Shown here: positions 34,637 to 46,512 of the stretch, piece after piece
How positions within the stretch are numbered: the first letter of the stretch is position 1
How the letters are laid out: every line of letters starts with the position of its first letter
DNA from: Zygnema circumcarinatum SAG 698-1b
Taxonomy: Eukaryota; Plantae; Zygnematophyceae
Reading direction: 5' to 3'
Length of the DNA: 64,000 bases
Assembly: GCA_037447605.1 (NCBI GenBank)
Contig: CM074814.1
Coordinates: 2,356,001-2,420,000 of the forward strand
Made by a program: the position numbers and the translations under genes
Notes under the pieces: generated by a model
What the model was told of the DNA's origin: nothing
What the model saw: the letters and a program-made list of their open reading frames with translations, nothing else
Databases searched by the model: none

Positions 34637-36848
34637 GCGAGTGATGCGTGAGAGCATGACATCACCATGAAGTGATGCACCAAACAGAAAGGGATGGACC
34701 CTTGGCTCACCTTTTTCCCGCCCTTCATGAAGTCCCGCCAGCTGCTCACCTGCACATTCTCCACATCATTCCCACGGAGCATTATTGTAATTACTATTAC
34801 TATTGAAGTTACATATGCTGCTATCTTCCTCAGTAAAAGAAGCTCCTGCAAGATTCTAAGTGAGAAGTCAGAATTGACACTCACCCGGTTTTCTCTTGTT
34901 TCCTCCCACTTCTGCTCGTGCTCTCTCTTGCGCTTGTGCTGCTCTCTGTTCTCCTCCTCGTCCTTCTTCAAACGGCCCTCTTCTTCCGATATCTGAAAGG
35001 AAGAATAGGCAGCAAAAGCAATCCTATGTAACTGACCAAGACACAGAAAGAGAAAACAAAAGCACAAGTCCTTCAATGCTTTCCTTCTGAAAAATTGAGC
35101 CAAACGGCTGCATGGTCTTGAGCCATGATATCAATAGACAAACAATAGTACTTCTTTCTACGTTATTAAATATGGGCATAGTTCGGACACTCACTCGCAT
35201 TTGCATTTTTCTGCGTCGCCACTCCTGCTCTGTCATGATTTCTCGCACCTTCAATTTCCACTTCTGTTTAAACTCTTCTGTGCTTTCATACTCGACCTTC
35301 GCCTGAAATGTACCCCACAAATCAAATGGACCCAGCTCTCATCACCATAATCTCCCCCAATGTATACGGATGTCTCTCTCACTCTCACTGTCTCTCTGTC
35401 TTTCTCTGTCTGTCTGTCTGTCTGTCTGTCTCTCACTGTCTGTCTCTGTCTCTCTGTCTCTCTCTGTCTCTCTCTGTCTCTCTCTGTCTCTCTCTCTCGC
35501 TGTCTCTCTCTGTCTGTCTGTCACGTACAGCTTGTTTGAAATTCTTCGCTTTGGAAGCACTTAGGTTAACAGGTGAGAGCCGTACCTCTTCTACAGTAGA
35601 ACGAATTTTACTTGCATTGTCCTTTTTCAATTCTCGTTTTCTTTGGGCGCGCAGCTCATCTATCATCCCATCAGCAGCGAACTCACGGTTCAGAATTCAG
35701 GCAAAGGAAGATTACAATATCAAGCAAAAAGAAAGCACTCACGCTCGTTTACAATCGACTTGCAAAAGCTGAACAGATGACCCTGGTTAACCGTTAGCTC
35801 ACTTTCTGCATAGCTGAAAAAGTTGGATACATGCGCTTCAACTTCTTTTGGTTAATTATGTGCAATGGAAGTGATGTTTAGCAATTGTTTCCAGAGAGGA
35901 AACGCTAATTAACAGTGATGATATCAACATGTTCAGAGGACGAATCCACCTTTAGCAATGTTACATATAGAAATGACGTATGCCCGTTCCTCGGGATCGA
36001 TTGCTAGCTGCTGCGCCTTTGCAAGTGCTGCAAAAAGAAAGTAAAAGTTGGCGTTTAGACGCGATGGTATACCAAAAAGTTGCTGCGTTTGATGGGCTCA
36101 TCATCCCGAACAAAGGACAAGGTCTGGGCACTCTAAATATCAAATGCGAGCATCAAATTCCTTGCTTCCAATTCAGGAGGCTGCTTCTCCTTACCTGCAA
36201 ATGCTTCTTTGGCCTTCGGATGCTTGCACTTGTCAGGATGGATTAAGAGAGAGATCTAGAACCACCAGCCAGCAAAAAAGACCGCAACATAAACTGAAAA
36301 AACTCTTGTGAGTTTATAAAGTAACAATGAAAAAAAAATTCAAGAGAGAATAGAAACATTGCACATGAGCAGTGAGGGCAACCGTATGGTCCGAAGGTGA
36401 AGCTTGGAAAACATTATTTGGATGGGGGAACGCAGAGCTGTAATTAGAAGGTAAGACTTGAATGCAAGTCTCTCCAAGCCATACCTTAGAGTCAGCAGCT
36501 TACCTTTCTGTACTGCTTCTTCACATCCTCAACATTAGAGTCAAAGGCAAGGTTGAGGTGCTCGAAAGGGTTAAGCTTAAAGCAAGCTAACACCCTGCGA
36601 GCCAAGCCCAACCCATGCACTAATCTCATGAAGAAGGGCAATTCAATAATGTATACAGCTTTCAATAAGTGTGGTCATCTTGAAAATCCTGCTGAATGGA
36701 CAGAACTTAGTGATAAACATGCATCAGAACTTGTTTTCCGTTTTGGCATTAACCGGAATATTCACCTAGTAACCTCATTATCTCGTTCAACTTCACTGAC
36801 TTCGGCAAAAAACTCCTTCAAGAGGGCATCATCTGAAGCATCCCCCAT
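34466..36848 (-). CDS. DNAJC8: J-domain protein DNAJC8/Spf31 homolog, multi-exon
   Basis: DDALLKEFFAEVSEVERDNEV..CFKLNPFEHL..VKKQYRK|ISLLIHPDKCKHPKAKEAF|ALAKAQQ..|ELRAQRK..EQEWRRRKMQMR|ISEEEGRLKKDEEE..WEETRENR|VSSWRDFMK|KKGELKPPKLKTEDP..YVQRPVKKG-TGA. Confidence 0.9.
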
Positions 36849-36929
36849 CCCCGTCACTCTGCCGTCTGGAAGAACAGACCGTTGCACCAGCGTCACTGAC
36901 TCAGGTTGAAAGAACAAGAGAGAGAAAGG

Positions 36930-36974
36930 ATTGAGGGAAAGAGAGTGAGAGAGAGAGAGGGGGAGGGTGGGAGG

Positions 36975-37029
<55 letters not shown>

Positions 37030-37095
37030 AGAGAGAGGGGGGAGGGGGGGAGAGGGGGAGGGGGTGAGGGGGAGAGAGAGAGAGAGAGAGAGAAG
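36930..37095. repeat. GA-rich microsatellite in the 5' leader region of DNAJC8
   Basis: (GA)n run with G-runs. Confidence 0.9.
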
Positions 37096-37548
37096 TAGGT
37101 TCCCTTCAGGTCAAAACCCTAAAAGGTCCAAGCCTTTCCTCAAAGGACTGAACCTTGAAGTATAATCTTCAACAGGCAAGCACGAATAACATCTAAAGTA
37201 AATTGCACAGTAACATTTGCATCACCGCGCAAGCTCTTCGAATGTTTTTCCACTCTGCTTGCCCTAAACGAAGCCTTCACGGAGGCGTTCGATTCAATTT
37301 GTGCTTCCTCTACGCCTCCACACCGCGTTCAGCTTCTTTTGCAGATTCCGCGTTTGAAGATTGAACTGAACTTTTTCTTACCTGCACCTTCTTATCAGTT
37401 CAGACGCTTAAAGGAATTCTTAAAGGAATAGTCGGTATACTTGTCGTTGGTGTTAGTTTTGTGCAGGGTTGGAGTCCAGTTTTTTACTCTTTACTGGAAA
37501 TATACCAAATAGTCGGTGAGTGCAAACATAAGCAGGAAACAAGCGACG

Positions 37549-40500
37549 ATGGCGTCTTTGAGGAACTCCGTGAAGCGGAAAACGCACAAGGAACGAGCTC
37601 AGCCGTAAGTGAAGAGAATTCAGAACATATTTGCTGCATGTTATTCATGGACAGGGAAACACACAGCTGTCATCCAAGAACAGAAGAACTTGCTTGATGA
37701 GAAAATGTTATTCAAAGTAGAAAAGCAGGAATTTTCGCTGTTAAAAAGTGGGATACTGCTTTTCCTCCACACGCATCTTTAAACTCCTCACAGATTAAGC
37801 CAGTGAGTGGTTTGCAGTGCAAATCGAAAGAAGTATGGACTGTTGGAGAAGCACAAGGATTATGTTTTGCGCGCTCGAGATTTTCACAGAAAGGAAGACA
37901 CAATTAGGGTAAGTTGGAAAAGTATGGGTCCTGAATATGCAGCTTAGGAGCCATGTACTCTCTGGGACAATAGTATGGTGGAACAGGATGAACAGGAAAA
38001 TATTATTTGTTTGTCGCAAATGGGCAGGAAACTAGTTTAACCTGCCACTGGTATCCATGTGAATTGCGCAACTTTTTACAAACATGAAGCCATTTCTCAG
38101 TATGGTTTCAGTCGATCTCTTTGGCTGCTGGAACAGGCTCTCAAAGAAAAGGCTGCTTTCAGAAATCCTGATGAATTCTATTTCAAGATGGAAAAGACCA
38201 CCACACGTGATGGAATCCATCAAGGCCGGTAAGCTGCCGCTTTGTGTGAATTCGACAGATGAACTTCAGCAAATGAAGTATTGAAGTTGCAAATTTTATC
38301 AGTTTATTTCTGTTATTGTATCCTACTACTTCCGTGTGTGTAGCATGCACACAAGAATCACGTCAGCGGCATCATCAACTGTGTTCTTCTCTAGAAATTG
38401 TATTGCAATCACTTTTGAACAAATTCAGCTAACACTTCAGTTTTTAACCTCGTTTCGTGCTTCGCGGGCGATCTGTATATAGTTGAACATTTGGCTGGGT
38501 TTGCCCATTCTAAGGTACTGATCAATATTCTATCTATTATGGAATCAGGGTTCAGGAGCCAGAAAAGTACACGCAGGAAGAGCTAGTAGTAATGAAAACG
38601 CAAGATCGTGGCTATGTACTTAACAAGGCACAAGCTGAGGCGAAGGTACCCCACTCTCTCTCGCTTTCTCTCTCTCTCTCTCTCCCTCTATCTGTCCCTT
38701 CGCCCCCCTCCTCTTTCTCTATCTTTCTCCTTTCAACCCAACTTTCTCAGTGTTGTTCCTCTGCACTGTACTTTAGAGCCTACCCTTTCATGCTTTCCCC
38801 TCAATACTACTATGTTGTACAGAATTTAGATTCGCAGAAACGTAGAGAAAGGTCCCACTTTTTGAGGGTCGTTTAAAGGAACATTTTTATGAAACAGACT
38901 ACATATATTGAAATCCTTTGCCGAGTTTCCGACGCACCCGAGTCAATAGAAAATTAATGCCATGCGGTATCCTTTCCCTGCTTGTCCTGTCAGCTGCTAT
39001 TCTATGCGTAACTGTGAACTGAAAAGATTCTGTATACAGAAAGTGGAGCGTCTTCGAGCTGCTCTGCAATCCATCGGTCAAACTCCGGTCAACAAGCACA
39101 TAATCTTTACAGATGAAAGGTGCGGAAACTTGGTAGACACTTTTCAGTAACAACATTTGAAACATCATATTATGTTCCGCCACTGCATTACAACTCCACT
39201 ATGTCTACAAAGTCTCTAGTTAGGATCTTGACAAAGTCTTCACATTCTCTCCTCTAGCAAGTCTCCCTTTCAGGGTTGAACGTGTACAGTATTGCTTTTA
39301 TCATGCCCTCTTCTAAAGGAATCGTTTCTTTCTCCTTGCAGTGAAGAGGCAGCTGAAGATGAGAACTCGTTTGAAATTCCTCAACATGAAACAGCAGCTG
39401 GGTTGAAACCCCTTCCAAAAAATATCGAAAAGTGAGTCAGTTTCCATCTTGGTTATTCCCAATGAAAGACGCACATGCTTATGGCCTTTCTTTATTCCCA
39501 AATTCCCTTTTTAATTCCTATTCTCTCCCTTCGCAGGGTTTCGCTTAGCTGGCTCAAAGTAATCAATGTCAATCAATGTTTCGTCAGTTAGGGTTTCTCC
39601 TTGTTGCTTCTCATGAAATTCTGCTTGACTGAAGGATAGGCCGAAAAAATTCTGTTTGAAGAGAGCTATGCATACTATTGCTGCCTTTCTCCGGTTTCCT
39701 CTTCCCTTGCATCCTTCTCTCTTCCTCCCTCTCTCGCTCCCGTTTCTTCTCCCCCCCTCCCTCTCCTTTTCTCTCCTCCTGCCCTTCGACTTACTCTCCC
39801 CCCCCCTCTACTATGCTAATCCAAAAGCTTCCATTTAGTTTGCATGCATCTACCGACTTCATACGTTTCGAAAACTGGATAGAATTCAAGCTAAAGTTGT
39901 AGCAAGCAAATGTCTTTGTTGGTGGGAGAATGCAGGAAGCGTGCCGCCGCTTATAGGGAGCTCCACGAGAGGGCCAGTCGGGCAGCGCAGCTGAAAAAGT
40001 TGGTGCAGAAAATGACACTACAGAAGGAACTCATGGTCAGTGCTTCAAACCTCAAGAAAGGCGCTATTCAGAAAAGATTAAAATGTTTATTTCAAAAATG
40101 TTTGTTGGGGAGCATGTACAGAGCCTGCTCTCCCTTCGTGCTCTCCTCCTCCTTCTGGGCAGCGAGAGAGAGAGAGAGAGAGAGAGGGGAGGAGGTGGGG
40201 GGGGGGAGAAGAGGAAAGGGTTAAGTCTTTGTATGCTGTGGGTGGGCAATGGTGCTCAATTTCTATCAAACAAACTCAAATTGAAACTTTTTACCTTCAT
40301 GCCCTTTTTGGGAATTCGGGGAATAGGGGGTAGGCGTTCCCAACCTTCTTTTATGATCGGAAAATCATGATGATGATGATGATGATGAGTTGAATTCTTG
40401 AAACCCTTTCTTCTTGAAGCGGTTACATCCTGAACCCCTCAGCCTATAGCCCTGACCCAGAACTTGTCTTTTTTTTCTGCTGCAGGGAAAGGGCAAGAAG

Positions 40501-40566
40501 CGGAAGCTGCAGGCAGACGCTGCAAAGCCGCCGGTGTACAAGTGGAAGTCGGAGAGAAAAAAATAA
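37549..40566 (+). CDS. UTP11: U3 snoRNA-associated protein 11
   Basis: MASLRNSVKRKTHKERAQP|..GLLEKHKDYVLRARDFH|LKEKAAFRNPDEFYFKM|YTQEELVVMKTQDRGY|KVERLRAAL..NKHIIF|YRELHERASR..QKELM|GKGKKRKL..VYKWKSERKK-TAA. Confidence 0.93.
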
Positions 40567-40650
40567 TTAAAAAAAAAAGTAAAAAAAATGTTATTTTTAA
40601 ATGTGATGTTCGAATATGCTCCATGGGATGTGTTGTTGTTGTGAATGGGG

Positions 40651-40704
<54 letters not shown>

Positions 40705-41129
40705 GGCACGTAATTGATGAAGGCCTTTGAGGAATTGACCTCTTTTTTAGGTCAATTCCTTTGTTCCTTATGGCTGCGTGGGGGCCATATAACCAACCGA
40801 GTGAAAAAAACTGCTTCTCTCCTCTTCATGAACCAAAGGATTTTTTTTTTTTCTTAATTAAAACCGGAAAACTATGTCCTGAATTGAAGTACAGTACACA
40901 GGAGTGACATGTGTCACACTTTGGTTTTTCGTCAAAAATTGGAAGCCACGTCGGACGCGGTTTCAAACTTGAAGCCGTGAAAATTCAACTTTCAATTTTT
41001 ATCAAGTCGCATTCTCAAAGCATGAACGGTAAAAAAAAAAATTGCAGCGCGGAAAACGGGCGGACAGCCATGCGAAAACTTTCATGTTCTGCCCTGCCAG
41101 ACGGGCAGGCCAAACTTTTCTAGCGTAAT

Positions 41130-41490
41130 TCGACGTGGCAGCATGTTATTGGCCAAGATTTGGCCCGATAGGGTCACCTGCGATCCTTAACGTCAGGTAA
41201 TGACGTCAAATTGACGTCATCATATTGCAAACCTTGCTTCACCTTCGTAGTTTTGTACAGTCCCAGTTTCTCAGTTTCCTCTTCCACCCCATTTGTACCC
41301 ATCTCTTGCATCTTCTACCCCATTTGCACCCGTCCCATTACCAAATCCAATTTCCCCACCTATCCGTCCTCCAAACCGGCCGGTCGGCGCCCCATCGCCG
41401 CACGTGCGAAATGAGCTCCTCATAGTCCGTTTGTCACGTGGCAGCTTCCCATTGGTCCGGGAGTGGATTTGGCTGACGTCGACCAATCAG
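41130..41490. promoter_or_regulatory. LHCB4 promoter: G-boxes, tandem TGACGTCA C-boxes and two CCAAT-N9-CCACG elements
   Basis: CGTGG-N9-ATTGG at 41134-41152 and 41437-41455; TGACGTCA at 41201-41208 and 41212-41219; CACGTG at 41401. Confidence 0.65.
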
Positions 41491-41711
41491 AGCCTTCTGA
41501 GCGCCCCAGCGGAGGCCTCCCATTGGCTGGCGCCCCCGCGGGCGGATGCCCCCTCTCGTTGGCGGCCCCCTCCAGCTTTTGCCAAATCCTGGGCAAAAAG
41601 TGCAGGAGCTTGCAGGAACTTTGTCGAAGCATTGCAAGTTCTAAAAAAGGAGCAGGTGAAAGGAGCGTTTCAAGCAGTTTTTGAAGAAAGATTTGAGCGA
41701 AAGAGGAAGCC

Positions 41712-42990
41712 ATGGCCGAGATCGTCTCCCCCGCATTGGTGTCGATGGAGTTGGGAAGCCTCGACAGGGCCGCGACTGCAGTGTTCGGCGCCTCCAACGG
41801 ATCCAGGGTGGTTGCAAGGTTTGGAACCAAGAAGGTTGCGAAGCCTGCTAAGAAGTCTGCAGCTGGAACTGACAGGCCTCTGTGGTTCCCTGGCGCAAAG
41901 GCTCCCGCTTGGTTGGACGGATCCTTGATCGGAGACTATGGATTTGACCCCCTGGGACTCGGCAAGCCCGCTGAGTATGTGCAGTTCGACTTCGACAGCC
42001 TTGACCAGAACTTGGCCAAGAACCAGTTCGGACAGGCCATTGGAACCCTGAAGGCTGACCCCTCTGAGATCTCCTCCACTCCCTTCCAGCCCTACTCTGA
42101 GGTGTTCAGCATCACCCGTTTCCGTGAGAACGAGGTCATTCACGGTCGCTGGGCCATGCTTGGAGTTCTCGGAGCTCTTTCCGTAGAGGCCTTGACCGGT
42201 GTCACCTGGCAAGATGCCGGAAAGGTGCTTTCTCTTTTTCTTTACTATCTTAGATGAGTGTTGCCGTGGTGTTGCTTTATTTGAGCATCTAACTGTTTGT
42301 CAGGAATTTTGCTTGTGTGATTTCTGTCCCACTGACTAGAATATGTCGAATGTGAAATAAAATTGTTCTTATCTGGCAAAAAAGCTTAACATTTCAGCTA
42401 GGCATAATATTGTTAGTCATTCGTCTTTTGGTTAGCCACTGCACTGTTCTTGACTTTTCGGCAGGGTGTCCAACCTGCTTACAATTTAGCCGACGGTTTT
42501 TGCATCATTGATAGTATCTAGTACTTGCCTGTTCCGCATTTTTGTTTTTCGGGCTTCTTCTCTGCTTCTGGTCGCCTAGCATATTTGCTCGTGCCTGCTG
42601 ACTTTGCTCTTGTACGTTTCGCAGGTGGAGCTTGACCAGGGTGCCACTTACCTTGGCCTGCCCCTGCCTTTCAGCATCTCCGCCCTCGTTGTTATTGAAG
42701 TGCTCTTGATTGGCTACATTGAGTTCCAAAGAAACTCCATCTTGGAGCCCGAGGCTCGCCTTTACCCCGGTGGAAAGTACTTCGATCCCCTTGGCCTTGC
42801 TGCTGATCCCGAGAAGGCCGAAACCTTGAAGCTGGCGGAGTTGAAGCACTCCCGGCTGGCGATGCTTGCAGCCCTCGGGTTCGCCGCCCAGGCCGCTGCC
42901 ACTGGCAAGGGACCCCTTGACAACTGGGCAACCCACTTGGCTGACCCTCTCCACACAACCATCTTCGACACGTTCTCCGGCTCATCTTAA
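41712..42990 (+). CDS. LHCB4: Chlorophyll a/b-binding protein CP29 (exons 41712-42224, 42625-42990)
   Basis: [73 protein letters not shown]|[38 protein letters not shown]. The CP29-specific N-terminal loop is present. Confidence 0.96.
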
Positions 42991-43689
42991 GTGCGCAAAT
43001 TGGAGAAATGAGCTTATTTTTTTTTGACTTTGTGAGGGTAGTTTTGTAGGAATCTGTGTGAAAATTCGGGTGTTCCTTTTGAGGGGCAGCCTTCCTCGGA
43101 CCGGAGGAAGCTGGTTTAGGAGGTACAGCGCTAGAACAGGCATGTATAATGCTTAGTAGCAAAGGAGTTTCTGTTTAGTTGATGTATAACTGTGACCTTG
43201 GATGCGGCGGAGCCTGTTCAAGCACCTGTCCTTTAACGAAGCAACTGGTGGAACCGCTTTTCTGATGTTTTGCGTATCTCAATTTGTGTCCCTGTGGAGT
43301 CGCCTCCTCTCCTTTTTCAAGACACTGTCGTACTCCGAATCTCGATATTGATGAGATACATTGTGGTTGTTGAAGACTGTTCTTGTGCTCTTTTGCATTA
43401 TCTCGTTCAAAATTTCAGATGACCACTACAGTTACTGGCAGTGTTATTAGTCACAAACTGGACTGGACTGGACTGGACTGGACTGTGATACAATCTGAAA
43501 CTATGGCTATGCAAATGCGTGGCAAATGTCCAGTAGGTGCAACGTCACCAGTAAGGATGGGGGCTTGCAGTACGGGGAGACTAAGGCCCATGTCTCTAGT
43601 CTGTCAGTTTCAAAGTGGATTTATGCATTGCATCAATAAAAGAATGTCATATTCGTTTAACCAAGAACTTTTATGTACCTAAGTATGTT

Positions 43690-44110
43690 CATTTGTTCAG
43701 AGAACAAAGAGTGAGAGAGAGGGACAGGGCGAGAAAGCGAGTCAAATCTTCTAACAGTCCCCCATAACAACGTTTTCACCTCCACCTTCCCCAACCCTCC
43801 CGAATCCTCGCTTTCTCCCACCTTCATCTCTCCCACTTCCAGCTCACTTTCCCGCCCTCATTCTCCTACGGTCTGACCCGTCACCTCCACCACCACCCCC
43901 TTCTCCCTCCAATGCCGCAACCTTGCTGCATGCCTTCCTCTGATACCAGCCGAACACCACTCCTCTCGTTTCTCCCGGGCCCAGAAAAACCGACAGCGGT
44001 CTCTTTCCTCTCCTTGAATACACGCAGTGGCAGGGGTAGGATCCCTTGCAAGTCTCCACAAAACGGAATACCGCCCGGGAGGCAGTCTAGCACTGCGGAA
44101 ACGCTTCATT
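43690..44110 (-). pseudogene. Degraded duplicate of the PP2 domain of the neighbouring F-box gene
   Basis: RLPPGRYSVLWRLARDPT is shared with 45601-46512 and followed by frameshifts and deletions. The F-box part is replaced by unrelated sequence (44110-44480). Confidence 0.8.
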
Positions 44111-44499
44111 CTGTGTCTTCCTTCGCCAGTGCGCCCACCGCTCCTTTGAGATGCACGGCCCCGGAAGCCATCCTCCAGCGATCCTCGCAATTTTTTTTAT
44201 TGACAGCGCATTTCCGTCGCTTTGCAGCGCTGCCTTGCTTCCACCATCCTTCGGCGTGCAGCGGTTGTTGGGACCCGTCCCGGTGGTCTCCCGCCCCTTC
44301 CTGCGCGTGTTGCGCCTCACATCGGCGACCTTCGCGGCTGCTTCTAGTGCCGTGTTGTTGAGCCTAGAAGTAGATTTCCGTTTCAAGGCTTTCTCTTTGT
44401 CCTTATGTCCATTGTGACCGCTTCCTCTGGTTCCCTATGTCGATTTTATCCATGTACATTTGATGGCCTCGCCATCGCGAGTTCAATGAAAGTTTGCTT

Positions 44500-45010
44500 C
44501 ATCAAACATCCTATACACTACATTGGGTCAAGAACTTACAGTCACGCACCTTCCAATGGCATATCGTACATTATGTTACGTGGCACATTGCCATTGGTGC
44601 ACTTAGTCTACGATGGAGTCAGGTGGTACAAAAACACTGACGTGAATCGAACTGTACGACACAGGCTACATGCTGCAGTTGAGCGAGAATGCGTTGTTCC
44701 TGGAAAATTGTAACGCTTCCCGCTACATAGGACGGCCTGCGGATGGTCCGTCGCCATGCTGTAAATTTGTAAAATTGATTTCCAGTTTTTTATTCTTTTT
44801 GGAGTAAGAAACCAGCACGGCTCGATGACGTCATACCATGCAATCAGGTTTGCAATCAGAGCTGGGTGCCACTCATTGATGACCTCTCCAGTTTCAAACC
44901 GCCGGGGAGGGCCGGGAGGGGAGGAGTGCTCTCCTTCGTAGGGTCCGGAAACCGCGACTTTCTTAGAAGTGGCTACTTGAAGGCTGCCCAAGAAAAGTGC
45001 TCAATCACGC
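44500..45010. repeat. Duplicated upstream region of the F-box/PP2 gene (paralogous to about 46610-47220)
   Basis: Shared blocks include CCTTCCAATGG..ACGTGGCACATTGCC, GCGTTGTTCCTGGAAA..GTAACGCTTCCCGCTACATA and GATGACGTCAT. Confidence 0.85.
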
Positions 45011-45600
45011 ACACTGGTAAACCAAGAATAAGATATCTTTCAGCAGTCGTCAGAAGACATATTGATACATTTAAAAGCAATGCAGGCCAATGGAAAAACC
45101 AGAAATTAAGAAAGAAGAAACTCTGGAACGGTGTATCTACAAGGGAACCAACCGCGCTTTGCACTGTACTTTTATGATACGTTCTATTTCAGCAGCCTTG
45201 TCACTTCATAATGCATTGAAAAACCTAGAATTCTTCCCCTGAAAGAAAAGGTAGAAAACTACCTTATCGGTTTTATGCACAAAATATACAAGAACAAAAG
45301 CTGTGTCAGACTTAAAAAACGTTAGTATGCTTGTTCGTAAGTTTCACCTCAGAACTAGTACTCCAGTAATATCGCGATCCTTATGCGGCGGAGTACTTCC
45401 ATAACCTCTTCTTTCGTAACGCTTTTCGTAAGATTTTGTTAAGTCTGACACCCCCTACTATCTACGAGAGGGAGGTGGGGACCAGGGGGGAAGAGAATGA
45501 GAGGAAAAGAGAGGGAGTAGAGAGAGACAGAGAGAGAGAAAGAGAGAAAGGGAGAGAAAGAGGGAGACAGTCCAATCGTCTGACAGTCCCTGCATGACAC

Positions 45601-46512
45601 TCAAACTTTCTGCCTAAGAACCAACGAGTCCACGTAAAGGCCGGACTTCCAACTGTCGTCCAACTGTGACAGCTCCACCTGCACCTCCACCTTCCCCAAC
45701 CCTCTCGCCTCCTCGCTCTCTCCCACCTCCACCTCTCCCACTTCCAGCTCACTCCACTCCCGCCCGCACTCTCCCACGGTCTCAATCGTCACCTCCATCT
45801 CCACCGCCCTCTCCTCCCCCCCGTCAGCCGTAACCTTGCTGTATGCCTTGCCCCGAGTCCAACTGAACATCACTCCTCTGGCTAGTCCCGGGCCCGGCAA
45901 AGCTAGCATCTCTCTTCTTCCTCTCCTCATATGCATATTGGGGACACGAGCACGGGTAGGATCTCTTGCAAGTCTCCACAAAACGGAATACCGCCCGGGA
46001 GGCAGTCTGCACTGCAGGGACGCTTCAAGCTTGAACCAGCAGACTGCAATGAGATGAGCAGTACGAGAAAACTTGGATCCAGGAATGCCTTCCTCCATCA
46101 TCCAGTATTGTTTATGATCTCCCCATACAATCTCCATCCCCTCAGCCACAGACACATACATCTCCAGGCTTCTTGAACTCCTGCGGATTTTCACAATCTG
46201 CTTCCCTAAGTCGATAAGCAGGCCCTTTCCTGAAAGCAGGCGGTAAAGCTCCTGTAGATTTGAGTACTTCGGTGGCTGAGGTTGCGAATCATTGACATAC
46301 TGCTGGTATCCTGCAGGCAAAAAATTCTCCCAAACAATATCCGACGCCGCTGCTTGCGACCACTCCTTGCAGACTTCTGCAAGACGGCAGGCGTCTTCAG
46401 GACTCGTGTGCGAGAGAAGCTGCGCCAAGCAGAGGGCATCCATGTCCGCCAACCCTGTGCCGCTGCCAGGGGCGCCTCCTCCTCCTCCTCCTCCTCCTCC
46501 CGCCGCAGCCAT
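45601..46512 (-). CDS. F-box / phloem protein 2 (PP2) lectin-domain protein, intronless
   Basis: F-box LADMDALCLAQLLSHTSPEDACRLAEVCKEWSQAAASDIVWENFLP, and PP2 motifs MEIVWGDHKQYW, AHLIAVCWF, LPPGRYS, WSELEVGE and WKSGLYVDSL. Confidence 0.88.
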   Translation of the reverse strand: MAAAGGGGGGGGGAPGSGTGLADMDALCLAQLLSHTSPEDACRLAEVCKEWSQAAASDIVWENFLPAGYQQYVNDSQPQPPKYSNLQELYRLLSGKGLLIDLGKQIVKIRRSSRSLEMYVSVAEGMEIVWGDHKQYWMMEEGIPGSKFSRTAHLIAVCWFKLEASLQCRLPPGRYSVLWRLARDPTRARVPNMHMRRGRREMLALPGPGLARGVMFSWTRGKAYSKVTADGGEERAVEMEVTIETVGECGREWSELEVGEVEVGESEEARGLGKVEVQVELSQLDDSWKSGLYVDSLVLRQKV

